Below, piece after piece: positions 1-8,391 of a DNA stretch of 36,904 nucleotides. The DNA is from a virus. Its lineage: Duplodnaviria; Caudoviricetes. Numbering within the stretch: position 1 is the first letter of the stretch; each line of letters opens with the position of its first letter. A program made the position numbers and the translations under genes. The DNA is taken from positions 1-36,904 of IMG/VR virus record IMGVR_UViG_3300042347_000200; one strand, written 5' to 3'. The notes beneath the pieces are model-generated. The model saw only the letters and a list, made by a program, of their open reading frames with translations, was not told the origin of the DNA and searched no databases.

Positions 1-2
1 GG

Positions 3-650
3 TTGACCGAAACAAATAACGGAATCGGGTTTTGGCTTGCTGAATCGCCAAAAGAACCGGCAACGCCGAAGGCGCAAACGAAACCAGAAACAACAGCCTT
101 TGACGCTATGCGCGAATCCCTGCGCGCCGGGGTGCAGGTTGTTACCGCTCCGCAACTGTTCCCGACTCCGCGAGCACTGGCGGAACGTGTCGCAAAGATT
201 GCAGACGTAAAGCCAGGGCATCGGGTACTTGAACCCAGCGCCGGCACTGGTGCGCTATTGGGGGCCATCGGCGGGCGCATGTTTGCCCACAACCCGGAGG
301 CGGGGGCCGTTTCCGCCGTTGAAATAAATCAGTCGTTGGCCGACCGACTCCGCCAAGAATTCCCGCTTACGCATGTCATATGCGACGATTTTCTGAAATG
401 TAACGGCGACCTTGGCGCATTCGACCGAATCGTGATGAATCCTCCTTTTGCCAACGCCGACGACATCAAGCACATAAAGCACGCATTGACCATGCTGAAA
501 CCGGGCGGTCGACTCGTGGCAATCTGTGCCAATGGCCCTCGCCAACGAGAGGCATTATCGCACCTTGGCACATGGGAAGATTTGCCGCCTGGATCGTTTG
601 CTACTTCGGGAACGAATGTCAACGCCGCTCTGCTCGTGGTGCAATCATGA
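3..650 (+). CDS. SAM-dependent DNA methyltransferase (N6-adenine type), probably 5'-truncated by the window edge
   Basis: Motif I VLEPSAGTG, AVEIN and catalytic motif IVMNPPF, followed by LKPGGRLVAI. Confidence 0.8.
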   Translation: MTETNNGIGFWLAESPKEPATPKAQTKPETTAFDAMRESLRAGVQVVTAPQLFPTPRALAERVAKIADVKPGHRVLEPSAGTGALLGAIGGRMFAHNPEAGAVSAVEINQSLADRLRQEFPLTHVICDDFLKCNGDLGAFDRIVMNPPFANADDIKHIKHALTMLKPGGRLVAICANGPRQREALSHLGTWEDLPPGSFATSGTNVNAALLVVQS

Positions 651-793
651 CATCCGCCCGATTCCACCGCCTAGCCCGTTCGATATTCGCCTGCGAGCGC
701 GCCACATCAGACCCGGTTCGCCAAGTCTATTGGGCTAAACACTTTGTCCGGCTGATTAGCCTGGTACGGAATAGCAACGTCTACGGCCAATAG
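647..793 (+). CDS. Small hypothetical protein (48 aa, MTSARFHRLA...)
   Basis: ATG overlaps the upstream stop (ATGA at 647-650). Confidence 0.5.
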   Translation: MTSARFHRLARSIFACERATSDPVRQVYWAKHFVRLISLVRNSNVYGQ

Positions 794-840
794 TTCAATC
801 TCATAGCCGATTCCATGAGTCGGCTATAGGATGCAGACTA
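791..840 (+). promoter_or_regulatory. Intergenic imperfect stem-loop, possible RNase III/processing hairpin
   Basis: ATAGCCGA (803-810) pairs with TCGGCTAT (820-827); imperfect extension to TAGT/ACTA; no U-tract. Confidence 0.4.
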
Positions 841-885
841 GCATCGCATAGCGCCAATATCGGCGCATAACATAGGGGTAACATC

Positions 886-1893
886 ATGAAGACACTAATG
901 AAGCTCGCCAATACCTGCAACAAGAATAGGCTTTCCATGCACGGCCACATTGTCTTTGAAGGCAAAGCAGCACGCGCCACCGATATTGAACTGCACGCGG
1001 TAATCGATTCTGGAGAGTGGGATTTCGATTGCGCCACCGTGGTATCGGTGCAGCAGATCAAGTCGGCAATGGCATTGAACAAAAAGCCTGTATGGTCTGG
1101 AGACACGCTCAACGGTATCAAGCTTGTAAATGCTGGCGATGTTAATGATTGGATACCATTGCCGGCCTTCGATGGCACGCGGATCGAATGCGACGCCTTG
1201 CCGGTCAAACTTTCCCAGGTATTGCCGGCAATGGCCGTTTCGGATATTCGCTACTATCTCAATGGTCTCTGTTTTGACCATAGCGAACGGGCGATCATTG
1301 GTTGTGATGGCCATCGCCTGCACATTGTCAAGAACGCGTATGCTGCCAATGGTCTTACTGGTCAGGCGATTGTCCCCGATGGCGCTTTCAATCTGCTCGG
1401 CGCGAAAAATATCATCCATATGGATTTTTCCGCGACACATTGCCGGATTGGGTATGTTGGCGGGTATCTGATTTGCAAGCTTGTCGACGGAAAGTTTCCC
1501 GACTATTCGCGTGTGTTACCTGCCGATAGCGCACGGTCTAACGTGGTGCCGTTCAATGGCGTGCAAATTGCCGCCGCTAAATCCATTGTCGCCGTGAATA
1601 AGGCTAACAAGGTTAAGTTTGGCACCGCGACAATTAGCACCGATGGCGCATTGTCGGCGTGCGATATAACGGTGCCGTGTTTCGACAAATGGACAATGAC
1701 TCCATTGGCTACTAAGTTCTATGCCAATTCAGGCGAATACTACGATCCGAAACTGTACGGTATCAATGCCGAATATCTGCATGATGCAATGGCGGCTGCG
1801 GATCACGGCACAATCGCCGTTGATGGCGTGAATGATAGCGTGCTGGTATCGAATGGCGATTTCCGTGCCGTGGTTATGCCTTGCCGGATATGA
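886..1893 (+). CDS. DNA polymerase III beta sliding-clamp-like protein (DnaN-like, divergent N-terminus)
   Basis: DIRYYLNG, DGHRL, LVDGKFPDY and C-terminal AVVMPCRI resemble DnaN signatures; GGGG RBS upstream. Confidence 0.75.
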   Translation: MKTLMKLANTCNKNRLSMHGHIVFEGKAARATDIELHAVIDSGEWDFDCATVVSVQQIKSAMALNKKPVWSGDTLNGIKLVNAGDVNDWIPLPAFDGTRIECDALPVKLSQVLPAMAVSDIRYYLNGLCFDHSERAIIGCDGHRLHIVKNAYAANGLTGQAIVPDGAFNLLGAKNIIHMDFSATHCRIGYVGGYLICKLVDGKFPDYSRVLPADSARSNVVPFNGVQIAAAKSIVAVNKANKVKFGTATISTDGALSACDITVPCFDKWTMTPLATKFYANSGEYYDPKLYGINAEYLHDAMAAADHGTIAVDGVNDSVLVSNGDFRAVVMPCRI

Positions 1894-1897
1894 TGCG

Positions 1898-1957
1898 ATG
1901 CTACATTCAATCGGCGCTCTAATCCTAGCCCTTGTGATAATCGTGCTCAGGCCCTAG
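1898..1957 (+). CDS. Putative 19-aa hydrophobic peptide MLHSIGALILALVIIVLRP
   Basis: ATG 4 nt after the upstream stop; single hydrophobic stretch; weak RBS. Confidence 0.3.
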   Translation: MLHSIGALILALVIIVLRP

Positions 1958-1973
1958 AATCCACTCTCCCCTC

Positions 1974-2032
1974 GCCGGTAGCAATTACCGGCTTTGCCCC
2001 CTCGCTGATTACTCGCAGGGGGCTTTTTCTTT
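1974..2032 (+). terminator. Tandem intrinsic terminator-like hairpins at a convergent junction
   Basis: GCCGGTA-GCAAT-TACCGGC-TTT (1974-1995) and GCCCCCT...AGGGGGC-TTTTTCTTT (1996-2032). Confidence 0.6.
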
Positions 2033-2209
2033 GTGGGCATTACAGGCGTTTTGCGCCTCTTGTGCCGTAGGGTATTGCCCGATGGTAGTCCGTGCCGTTT
2101 GCGGGCCGTGTAGGGCCGCGTAGTGGGTAGGATAGCGGATTATGAGATAGTCGTCGGCGCGCATTGTGATCTTTCCCGTTCGCGTCCAGGCTAATTTGTC
2201 AGAATTCAC
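2009..2209 (-). CDS. Hypothetical protein (66 aa)
   Basis: GTG start overlaps the primase 3' end; C-terminal YPTAQEAQNACNAH looks like small phage proteins. Confidence 0.55.
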   Translation of the reverse strand: MNSDKLAWTRTGKITMRADDYLIIRYPTHYAALHGPQTARTTIGQYPTAQEAQNACNAHKEKAPCE

Positions 2210-4742
2210 GTTCGGCCCATGCAGGCGCAGCAGCAGGCACTATATCAAGTCCGGTAATGTGCATAATACCTCCAGATTTGACACGCTCAAATCCTCGCTG
2301 TTCAAGCTCCTGCACAAATCCCTTCTGGGCTTGCACTCCCTCTCCGGCAGATTCAACGAATTTAGAGTAACTCGTATAGGCATCAATCGAACGGCACCGT
2401 TTGCCATGCGCCACCGTGCAGCATTCTTCTAGCCATGCGCCTAGCGTGTCCTCTGCATTCAAGTAATCAGCAATTGCAGCATCCACCGCAGCAGGCCGGG
2501 ACATACCTTTGCTGCGCCATGCTTCGCCACCACGGATTGCCCATGCAAGTATTCCAGGCATTTCAGCGTCAAGCAATTCGCGGATGTTCTCTATCTTCTC
2601 GCCATCCTTGAATGATGATGGGAAATTGACTAGATGGATACGTCGGCGCATTTCCTCACCTACCGAGCGCAGGCGGGGTTTGTGGTTGCCTGCAATCGCC
2701 AGCTTGAATTGAGGGTCGAACTGGAAATAATCGCATCGCATGAATCTGGCTGATATACGATCCCTGCCGGTAAGCGTCTTGATGCGGGATTCATTCCAGC
2801 GTGAATTTTTCTCAGTTTCGGTCGCCGTTACCAATCGCGCCCCGGCAAGGCCGGCAATCTCGGTTGAGTGTTCCGCGCCCTTTGATTCTGAGAATGTCTG
2901 CATAGCTGCGGCTACGGAATAATCGCCGGCAAGCTCGCGCAGGACGTGGATAAATGTACTCTTGCCACTACCGCCAGGGCCATAGACAAACAGGAAACAC
3001 TCGAAACGAGTATCCCCTGTCAAAACGTAATAGCACCATCGGCGCAGGTATTCCACCATCTCCGGGCCACCGTGGGCGCGTTCAAGGACGGACATAAACA
3101 TGGGGATGTCTTTTTCTTCGCACCTTGAAAAGTCTGGCGTGACTTTGGTGCTTTTGGTTATGTAGTGATCTGGACTTGAATCGGATAGCGTTGCAGTTTG
3201 AAGATCAACAACTCCGCCCGGAGTGCTTAACAGAAATATGTTCGAGTCGAATGTTTCGGGGACTGTGCATTTCAGGATTCTGGCAACCTTCTCCACCTTC
3301 TCGATTTTCGGCAGGTCGCACAATGCGCGCCGCGCTGTATCGGATAGTCGCAGGGACATATCCCACCCACTGACACTTACAAGGTGCCGAAGGATTACCT
3401 TACGCGCCGAGTTAGTCCTATCCTTTTCCCAAATGCTGCCGTTCCAGTGCATCCATTTATCCCATTCCGTAACGAACACCCAGTCCTTTCCTTGATTCTG
3501 TAACCAATATCCCGCCATCGCTGGATCGCTGAATTCCGGGCCATCGGGTTCCTCGTCGGCTTTGATAGCCGTATGCCTTGCAACCTTCGCCGGCTTTATC
3601 GCAGGCGCATCGGCTATCTCTGTCGGCTGCACATCAATGGTTAGAGGTATATGCTGCGGCTCTATATCGTCGTCTATGGGTGGCAGATCGTATTCAGACC
3701 AGTCCTCCATTGGGAGCGGATTCATCGGCTCAGGCTCGCCGGCTTGCGCGGATTGCATAGTTTTTTTTTCCTCCTCAAGCCTTTGCTTTTCGAGTTCTCT
3801 GCTGCCGAGTTTCGATACCCTCGGCGCGGCCCATGCCATCAATGCTTCTTTGCTCATCCCCTCCGATAAAGCATCGGCAACATCCCACTTGTTAGGCTTG
3901 TCGCTTGTATCGAGGATGCTAACTTTACACCCAAGGGGGAGCAGGTAGCTAGCCACCTTGAACATTGCTGCCTCACCGACTCCGGTAAGGTCGGCATCAG
4001 GTATCAACAATACATCACGCCCTGCCAGTGGCGTCCAATCGACTCCGGCTATGGCATTGGCACCACCAGGCCATGCTATGCCTATGCGCGAGGCCCAATA
4101 GTGCCGCGAGGCATCGGCGGCTTTCTCGCCTTCGCTGATGACTACCTTTGCTGATGGATTCGCGGTCAGCAGATCGAGGCCGTATATCGGTCGCCGTCCA
4201 TGCGTCCATGCCTTGCTCATCCACTTCGCGGATACGTTGGTGGAGTAGCTGCCATAACTCCACGGGCGATAGTCCTTGTCGCCACCGGGCTTGACGTAGC
4301 GCACCACGTAGCCGAGTAGTGCGCCATCAGCGTCCAGGTACGTCCAGTGCGCGACGTAGGTAAGGTTTTTTATGCTGAAGTCGGTCAACGGTTCCGGTGC
4401 CACCTGATGCTGCCACGTCGCGGCTTTGATTGGCGCTTCGGCTTTGATGCGGGTATCGTCGCGCTGGAATCCGTTGGCGCGCAAACGCTTGATCGCTTCG
4501 CCTTCGTCGCAACCGTCCATCTCCATGACAACATCAATGACGGTGCCGCCGCGCCCGCAACTCTTGCAATGACATTTTTGTACTCCGTCCTTTATATAGA
4601 CCTGCATACTCGGCTTCGATTCGTCGTGGAATATGCAAAGGCAGTCGTATTCGTTTCCGCGCTGCTTTAGTTCGACGCCGTAGCCGGTCAGCAATGTGAC
4701 CATGTCCACGGATCGCTTGAGGGCGTCAAGATCGTCGGTCAT
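2199..4742 (-). CDS. Primase-helicase: CHC2 Zn finger + TOPRIM + D5/P4-alpha-like SF3 helicase
   Basis: CIFHDE...CKSC zinc finger; EGEKAADA and DAD TOPRIM motifs; Walker A GPGGSGKST; IKTLTGRD..SARF; GNHKP; RRRIHL. Start set at ATG 4742 behind AAGGAG RBS. Confidence 0.92.
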   Translation of the reverse strand: MTDDLDALKRSVDMVTLLTGYGVELKQRGNEYDCLCIFHDESKPSMQVYIKDGVQKCHCKSCGRGGTVIDVVMEMDGCDEGEAIKRLRANGFQRDDTRIKAEAPIKAATWQHQVAPEPLTDFSIKNLTYVAHWTYLDADGALLGYVVRYVKPGGDKDYRPWSYGSYSTNVSAKWMSKAWTHGRRPIYGLDLLTANPSAKVVISEGEKAADASRHYWASRIGIAWPGGANAIAGVDWTPLAGRDVLLIPDADLTGVGEAAMFKVASYLLPLGCKVSILDTSDKPNKWDVADALSEGMSKEALMAWAAPRVSKLGSRELEKQRLEEEKKTMQSAQAGEPEPMNPLPMEDWSEYDLPPIDDDIEPQHIPLTIDVQPTEIADAPAIKPAKVARHTAIKADEEPDGPEFSDPAMAGYWLQNQGKDWVFVTEWDKWMHWNGSIWEKDRTNSARKVILRHLVSVSGWDMSLRLSDTARRALCDLPKIEKVEKVARILKCTVPETFDSNIFLLSTPGGVVDLQTATLSDSSPDHYITKSTKVTPDFSRCEEKDIPMFMSVLERAHGGPEMVEYLRRWCYYVLTGDTRFECFLFVYGPGGSGKSTFIHVLRELAGDYSVAAAMQTFSESKGAEHSTEIAGLAGARLVTATETEKNSRWNESRIKTLTGRDRISARFMRCDYFQFDPQFKLAIAGNHKPRLRSVGEEMRRRIHLVNFPSSFKDGEKIENIRELLDAEMPGILAWAIRGGEAWRSKGMSRPAAVDAAIADYLNAEDTLGAWLEECCTVAHGKRCRSIDAYTSYSKFVESAGEGVQAQKGFVQELEQRGFERVKSGGIMHITGLDIVPAAAPAWAEREF

Positions 4743-4897
4743 TTCTCCTTTCCTATCTGCTGTGCGCGCTGGCGAGTAACCCCAAGATGCACCCCGATGG
4801 CCGTCCATGTAAGCCCCTGCTTGCGTAGTTTGCGCGCCTCTTTCTTACGCGACTTGCTCGCATCCAGTAGTTGCCGATATATCTGTTTAGTTTTCAT
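4739..4897 (-). CDS. Small HTH DNA-binding protein (52 aa)
   Basis: GLTWTAIGVHLGVTRQRAQQI HTH pattern; stop overlaps the primase start. Confidence 0.75.
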   Translation of the reverse strand: MKTKQIYRQLLDASKSRKKEARKLRKQGLTWTAIGVHLGVTRQRAQQIGKEK

Positions 4898-4915
4898 TTG
4901 GTTTGCAATTAGGTG

Positions 4916-4943
4916 TTGACACGGCGAATGATATGGGTAGAAT
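4916..4943 (+). promoter_or_regulatory. Sigma70-type rightward promoter for the early operon and cassette array
   Basis: TTGACA (4916-4921), 16 bp, TAGAAT (4938-4943). Confidence 0.7.
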
Positions 4944-4956
4944 CCGTCACTGTCAA
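4928..4956 (-). promoter_or_regulatory. Sigma70-type leftward promoter for HTH/primase
   Basis: On - strand: TTGACA (4956-4951), 17 bp, TATCAT (4933-4928). Confidence 0.7.
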
Positions 4957-4983
4957 CTAACCAATCGAAAAAGGAACCGCACC

Positions 4984-5184
4984 ATGAAAGTCCGCCTGTA
5001 CCTCGTCGAAGAAATCGCCACCAAGAAAACTCGCCTGATCGAAGCCACCAATGCCGCAAGCGCAATGCGCCACGTTGCGGAGTCGCAGTTTAAGTGCGCC
5101 GTCGTTACTAGCACGTCCGAAGCTGCGCGGCTTGTGTCGGGCGGCATCAAGGTGGAGAGTGTGGGGAAGGGTGATGCGGTTTAA
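4984..5184 (+). CDS. Hypothetical phage protein (66 aa, MKVRLYLVEE...)
   Basis: AAGGA RBS; its TAA stop lies within the first attC-like core GTTTAAC. Confidence 0.75.
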   Translation: MKVRLYLVEEIATKKTRLIEATNAASAMRHVAESQFKCAVVTSTSEAARLVSGGIKVESVGKGDAV

Positions 5185-5245
5185 CGCAAAAGCTGTGGGG
5201 CTGGACGCCGCAGGCGGACAGTCCCACACGAGCGACGGGTTGTGC
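5179..5245 (-). repeat. attC-like site 1 (67 bp)
   Basis: GTTTAAC..GCT-GTG-GGG-CTG / CAG-T-CCC-A-CAC-G-AGC..GACGG-GTTGTGC; bulged T, A, G on the + strand 3' arm. Confidence 0.85.
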
Positions 5246-5269
5246 CCCGGCGATTGAACGGAGAACGAA

Positions 5270-5674
5270 ATGCAGCAACATGAACAACTGCGAAAGTACA
5301 ACCGGTGGCGGCGCGGCGACAAGCGCTTAAAGATGTCAGACCCAAAAGAACTCGGCGAACTAATAGACGGCGTGGCCGACCGGCTGGAAGTGCTGGAGCG
5401 CGAACACACGGAGTTCTTCGAGCGCTGGCACGGCGAGAGGCGGAGGCGGGAAAAGCTGGCGCATGACGTTGAGCGCTGCTACCGGATGCTGCTGTCTGAG
5501 CCAGACACGAAGGGCGCTCTATTCAAGGCCGAAAACATCCTGCGCGAGGCGCTGGGCGACCAGAAAGTCGGCTCTGGCGGCACGGCACCCGAGGGGCACA
5601 ACGACAGAGTGGAGGGGCGCGACGCAGCTTCATCGCGGCGCGTCCCTTCGCATGACGGGTTGGAGGGCAAATGA
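5270..5674 (+). CDS. Cassette 1 ORF, hypothetical (134 aa); C-terminus runs through site 2
   Basis: GGAG RBS; stop overlaps the next start (ATGA). Confidence 0.75.
   Translation: MQQHEQLRKYNRWRRGDKRLKMSDPKELGELIDGVADRLEVLEREHTEFFERWHGERRRREKLAHDVERCYRMLLSEPDTKGALFKAENILREALGDQKVGSGGTAPEGHNDRVEGRDAASSRRVPSHDGLEGK
5596..5665 (-). repeat. attC-like site 2 (70 bp)
   Basis: GCACAAC..GTGGAGGGGCGC / GCG-T-CCCTTC-G-CAT-GACGG-GTTGGAG. Confidence 0.85.
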
Positions 5675-6234
5675 CCCAGCGGCAACAAGCGCGGTTTGAA
5701 GGTTTTTCGGTGACGCACTCGAACCCGGCTGACATCGTGATGACAGACAGAGTGGTGGCGCGGAAGATTGTCGAGCACTTCCGTCCGCGCGGTACCGTGC
5801 TTGATCCGTGCCGGGGCGACGGCGCGTTCTTCGACGAAATGCCCGGCGCTGACTGGTGCGAAGTGAGGGAAGGCCGAGACTTTTTTGAGTGGAACACCCA
5901 CGTGGACTGGATTGTGAGCAACCCACCGTTCAGCATTTTTTTCGAGTGGCTGCGGCACAGCATGAGCTTGGCGGATGACATCGTGTATTTGATTCCGCTC
6001 GGGAAGGTTTGGCAGTCAAACAGGGTGCTGCGCATGGTTCATGAGTGGGGCGGGATACGGGAGATTCTGATTGTCGGCAACGGCAGGAAAGAACTCGGGT
6101 TCCCGGTCGGCTTTGCGGTAGGCGCGGTGCATTTTCAGAGGGGGTACCGGGGCGACATGCGCAACGGGTTCTTGCCCTCCAACGCCCAAGTAACCGGCGC
6201 TTCGCCGGCCCTTATGGCGAAGCGTCCGCGTTGA
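5671..6234 (+). CDS. Cassette 2 ORF, small N6-adenine DNA methyltransferase-like protein
   Basis: VLDPCRGDGAF (motif I), DFF and WIVSNPPF (motif IV). Confidence 0.8.
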   Translation: MTQRQQARFEGFSVTHSNPADIVMTDRVVARKIVEHFRPRGTVLDPCRGDGAFFDEMPGADWCEVREGRDFFEWNTHVDWIVSNPPFSIFFEWLRHSMSLADDIVYLIPLGKVWQSNRVLRMVHEWGGIREILIVGNGRKELGFPVGFAVGAVHFQRGYRGDMRNGFLPSNAQVTGASPALMAKRPR

Positions 6235-6248
6235 CTGAAATGTTGGGC
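6177..6248 (-). repeat. attC-like site 3 (72 bp)
   Basis: CTCCAAC..AGT-AAC-CGG-CGCTTCGCC / GGCGAAGCG-T-CCG-C-GTT-G-ACT..GTTGGGC. Confidence 0.9.
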
Positions 6249-6270
6249 GGAATTTTTACGGAGAAATGAC

Positions 6271-6669
6271 ATGAACGGACGAATACTCACCTGCGTTTAT
6301 TGCGGGCACGAATACCCACAGGACACGCCGGCAGCAGGAAGCCAGGTGCTGACGGAGCACATCAAGGTTTGCGAGCGGCACCCGATGCGGAAGGCCGAAG
6401 GCGACATTGCCCTGCTGCGCGGCGCGCTCGTTGGCCTGATCGGCACAGACGGCGAGGATGATCTGCGGCAGATGGAAGCGACGATGCGACTGTTGCCGGC
6501 ACCGGACGCCGACAAGGCGGTTTCGATCAACGCGATTCATGCGCTGCTGGCGACCATGCCGCCCAACGCACGAGGTCAGGCGACTGACGCGGCCTTATCG
6601 CGGCAGGTCGCCTGCACTGACGGGTTGTGCGGCAACGGTAACTACGGAGAGCAAAAAGATGGACGGTGA
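6271..6669 (+). CDS. Cassette 3 ORF, putative Zn-binding protein (CxxC...HxxxC); reads through site 4
   Basis: CVYCG and HIKVCERHP; GGAG RBS. Confidence 0.75.
   Translation: MNGRILTCVYCGHEYPQDTPAAGSQVLTEHIKVCERHPMRKAEGDIALLRGALVGLIGTDGEDDLRQMEATMRLLPAPDADKAVSINAIHALLATMPPNARGQATDAALSRQVACTDGLCGNGNYGEQKDGR
6561..6630 (-). repeat. attC-like site 4 (70 bp)
   Basis: GCCCAAC..GGT-CAGGCGAC-TG / CA-G-GTCGCCTG-C-ACT-GACGG-GTTGTGC; bulge identities differ from the other sites. Confidence 0.8.
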
Positions 6670-6901
6670 TGATATCAAGTGGGACAACAGGAGCATGCCT
6701 CATTACCCGAAGGGCATGCCACTTTGGCAGCGCATGATGTGTCTGCTTGGCTACCACAAAGCCGAGACGCGGCAGACCGCCAAGGGGCACTGCTACGGGT
6801 TCGAGACTGAGGAAGGCAAGCGGAAAGGCGTCTTTGGGCTGCACGACGAGACGCCGATGAAGCTGCGCGACCAGTGCGGCAGATGCGGGACGCTGCTTTG
6901 A
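6659..6901 (+). CDS. Cassette 4 ORF, small Cys/His phage-type protein (80 aa)
   Basis: GGAG RBS; MCLLGYH...CGRCG pattern seen in small prophage proteins. Confidence 0.65.
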   Translation: MDGDDIKWDNRSMPHYPKGMPLWQRMMCLLGYHKAETRQTAKGHCYGFETEEGKRKGVFGLHDETPMKLRDQCGRCGTLL

Positions 6902-6902
6902 C

Positions 6903-6973
6903 GTACAACGCCGACCATGAGGGGCGACAAAAAGCGTAGCTTTTTGGCGTCCCTCTCGATGAACTAGTTGGGC
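6903..6973 (-). repeat. attC-like site 5 (71 bp)
   Basis: GTACAAC..CAT-GAGGGG-CG..CAAAAAGC-GTA-GCTTTTTG..CG-T-CCCTCTC-G-ATG..GTTGGGC. Confidence 0.85.
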
Positions 6974-6998
6974 GGCTGCGCCCGGAGAGGCAACAACG

Positions 6999-7256
6999 AT
7001 GGCAACGATAGCCGAAAAGAACTTTGAGAAAGCCCTGCTTGATCTGGCGGGCGAGGATGTTTCAACCGCCCTGTCTGTGCTGACCGGGTGCTTTGTCAGC
7101 CTGACCCTTGAGGTGCTGCGCCGAAAAGGCCACGTTCCTGACGGCGACATCAAGATCGACGGCGGCGACCAGCGGGACATCACGATTCATCCGCCAAAGA
7201 CGCCCAACGCAAAAGTCAGCGGTGCCGGAACGGCGTCCGCTGGACTGCCGGGTTAG
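6999..7256 (+). CDS. Cassette 5 ORF, hypothetical (85 aa); tail encoded by site 6
   Basis: GAGG RBS; ends PNAKVSGAGTASAGLPG, the translation of the hairpin. Confidence 0.75.
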   Translation: MATIAEKNFEKALLDLAGEDVSTALSVLTGCFVSLTLEVLRRKGHVPDGDIKIDGGDQRDITIHPPKTPNAKVSGAGTASAGLPG

Positions 7257-7258
7257 CC
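7202..7258 (-). repeat. attC-like site 6 (57 bp)
   Basis: GCCCAAC..AGT-CAGCGG-TGCCG-GAA-CGGCG-T-CCGCTG-G-ACT..GTTAGCC. Confidence 0.9.
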
Positions 7259-7271
7259 AACAGGAGGAAAC

Positions 7272-7547
7272 ATGAAACAAGAGATTGCGGAACTGGAACA
7301 AATGCAAAAGCGCCTAGCCGAGATAAAGGCGCTGGCCGAAAAGAATGCAGCGGAACGCGAAGCGGGCGGATGCTACGACGACGAATTGCTGGCCGAGTGC
7401 ATGAGCGTGCTTGAGTATGCGACGTACCATGACGGGCGCTATGGGCAAGACCAAAACTGGGAGAACTTCCAGAGTCCAGCGCAGAAGCTGGTGTTGCGAC
7501 TGGCGAAGCGGCTCGGGCGGAAAGCATACGATGGCTTTGGTGGCTAA
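7272..7547 (+). CDS. Cassette 6 ORF, hypothetical (91 aa)
   Basis: AGGAGG RBS; TAA stop inside core GGCTAAC. Confidence 0.75.
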   Translation: MKQEIAELEQMQKRLAEIKALAEKNAAEREAGGCYDDELLAECMSVLEYATYHDGRYGQDQNWENFQSPAQKLVLRLAKRLGRKAYDGFGG

Positions 7548-7614
7548 CGATCTAGGTAACCGGCGCGACGCCGGCCCTATCGGTGGCGCGTCCGTGTTGA
7601 CCGACGAGTTAGCA
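7542..7614 (-). repeat. attC-like site 7 (73 bp)
   Basis: GGCTAAC..GGT-AAC-CGG-CGCG..CGCG-T-CCG-T-GTT-G-ACC..GTTAGCA. Confidence 0.88.
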
Positions 7615-7631
7615 GGCAAACGGGAAGGGTG

Positions 7632-8336
7632 ATGATGGCTGAGAAAGTGACAATCGGGAATTGCGAACTGTGGCACGGTGACTGCCGCGAAGTGCTGCCG
7701 CTGCTGCCTGATTTTGACTTGCTATTGACAGACCCGCCATATGAGATCGGAACCGCATGGCACGGCGATTTTGCCGGGAAGAACGGGAAGGCCGCAATGT
7801 GGGGAACTGCCCCTGAGTGGGACAAACTTTGCGACGACGGCGTTTCTCTTGGGGTTCAGAAGGCGCAGGAGGCGGTTGTTTGGGGTGGGCATTTGTACGC
7901 ACTTCCTCAACGCTCGCGCTGGCTTTCTTGGGACAAGTGCCAGACTTTCAGCAGCGGCGACTTTGAACTCGCATGGACGAACGGAAGCGGGGCAACGCGG
8001 GTTTTTCGGATGTCTCGGATTGACGCATACCAAAACAGCGGCGAAGGGAAAGAACACCCGACGCAGAAGCCCACGGCCTTGATGGAATGGTGCCTGAGCT
8101 TGCACCCAAAGGCTCGGACGGTTTGTGACCCATTCATGGGCAGCGGAACAACTGGCGTTGCCTGCGCCCGGATGGGGTTGCAGTTCGTCGGCATAGAGCG
8201 TGAGCGCAAATACTTCGAGATTGCCTGCCGCCGAATAGAGCAAGCCTACGCACAGCCTCGGCTGTTCGAGGATACGAAAGTCGGCGCTGGCGAGACGGCG
8301 GTGCAGGGCGACATGCTTTTGCCTGCCAACGTCTGA
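7632..8336 (+). CDS. Cassette 7 ORF, N4-C/N6-A DNA methyltransferase (beta-class motif order)
   Basis: LWHGDC, LTDPPY, HPTQKP, DPFMGSGTTG and FVGIE; start may be 7629, 7632 or 7635. Confidence 0.92.
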   Translation: MMAEKVTIGNCELWHGDCREVLPLLPDFDLLLTDPPYEIGTAWHGDFAGKNGKAAMWGTAPEWDKLCDDGVSLGVQKAQEAVVWGGHLYALPQRSRWLSWDKCQTFSSGDFELAWTNGSGATRVFRMSRIDAYQNSGEGKEHPTQKPTALMEWCLSLHPKARTVCDPFMGSGTTGVACARMGLQFVGIERERKYFEIACRRIEQAYAQPRLFEDTKVGAGETAVQGDMLLPANV

Positions 8337-8391
8337 AATAACCGGGACACGCGGCATCATCGCGTGGCTCCGGTTGATTGACGGGTTAGCC
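8324..8391 (-). repeat. attC-like site 8 (68 bp)
   Basis: TGCCAAC..AAT-AACCGG..CACGCG/CGCGTG..T-CCGGTT-G-ATT-GACGG-GTTAGCC. Confidence 0.88.
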
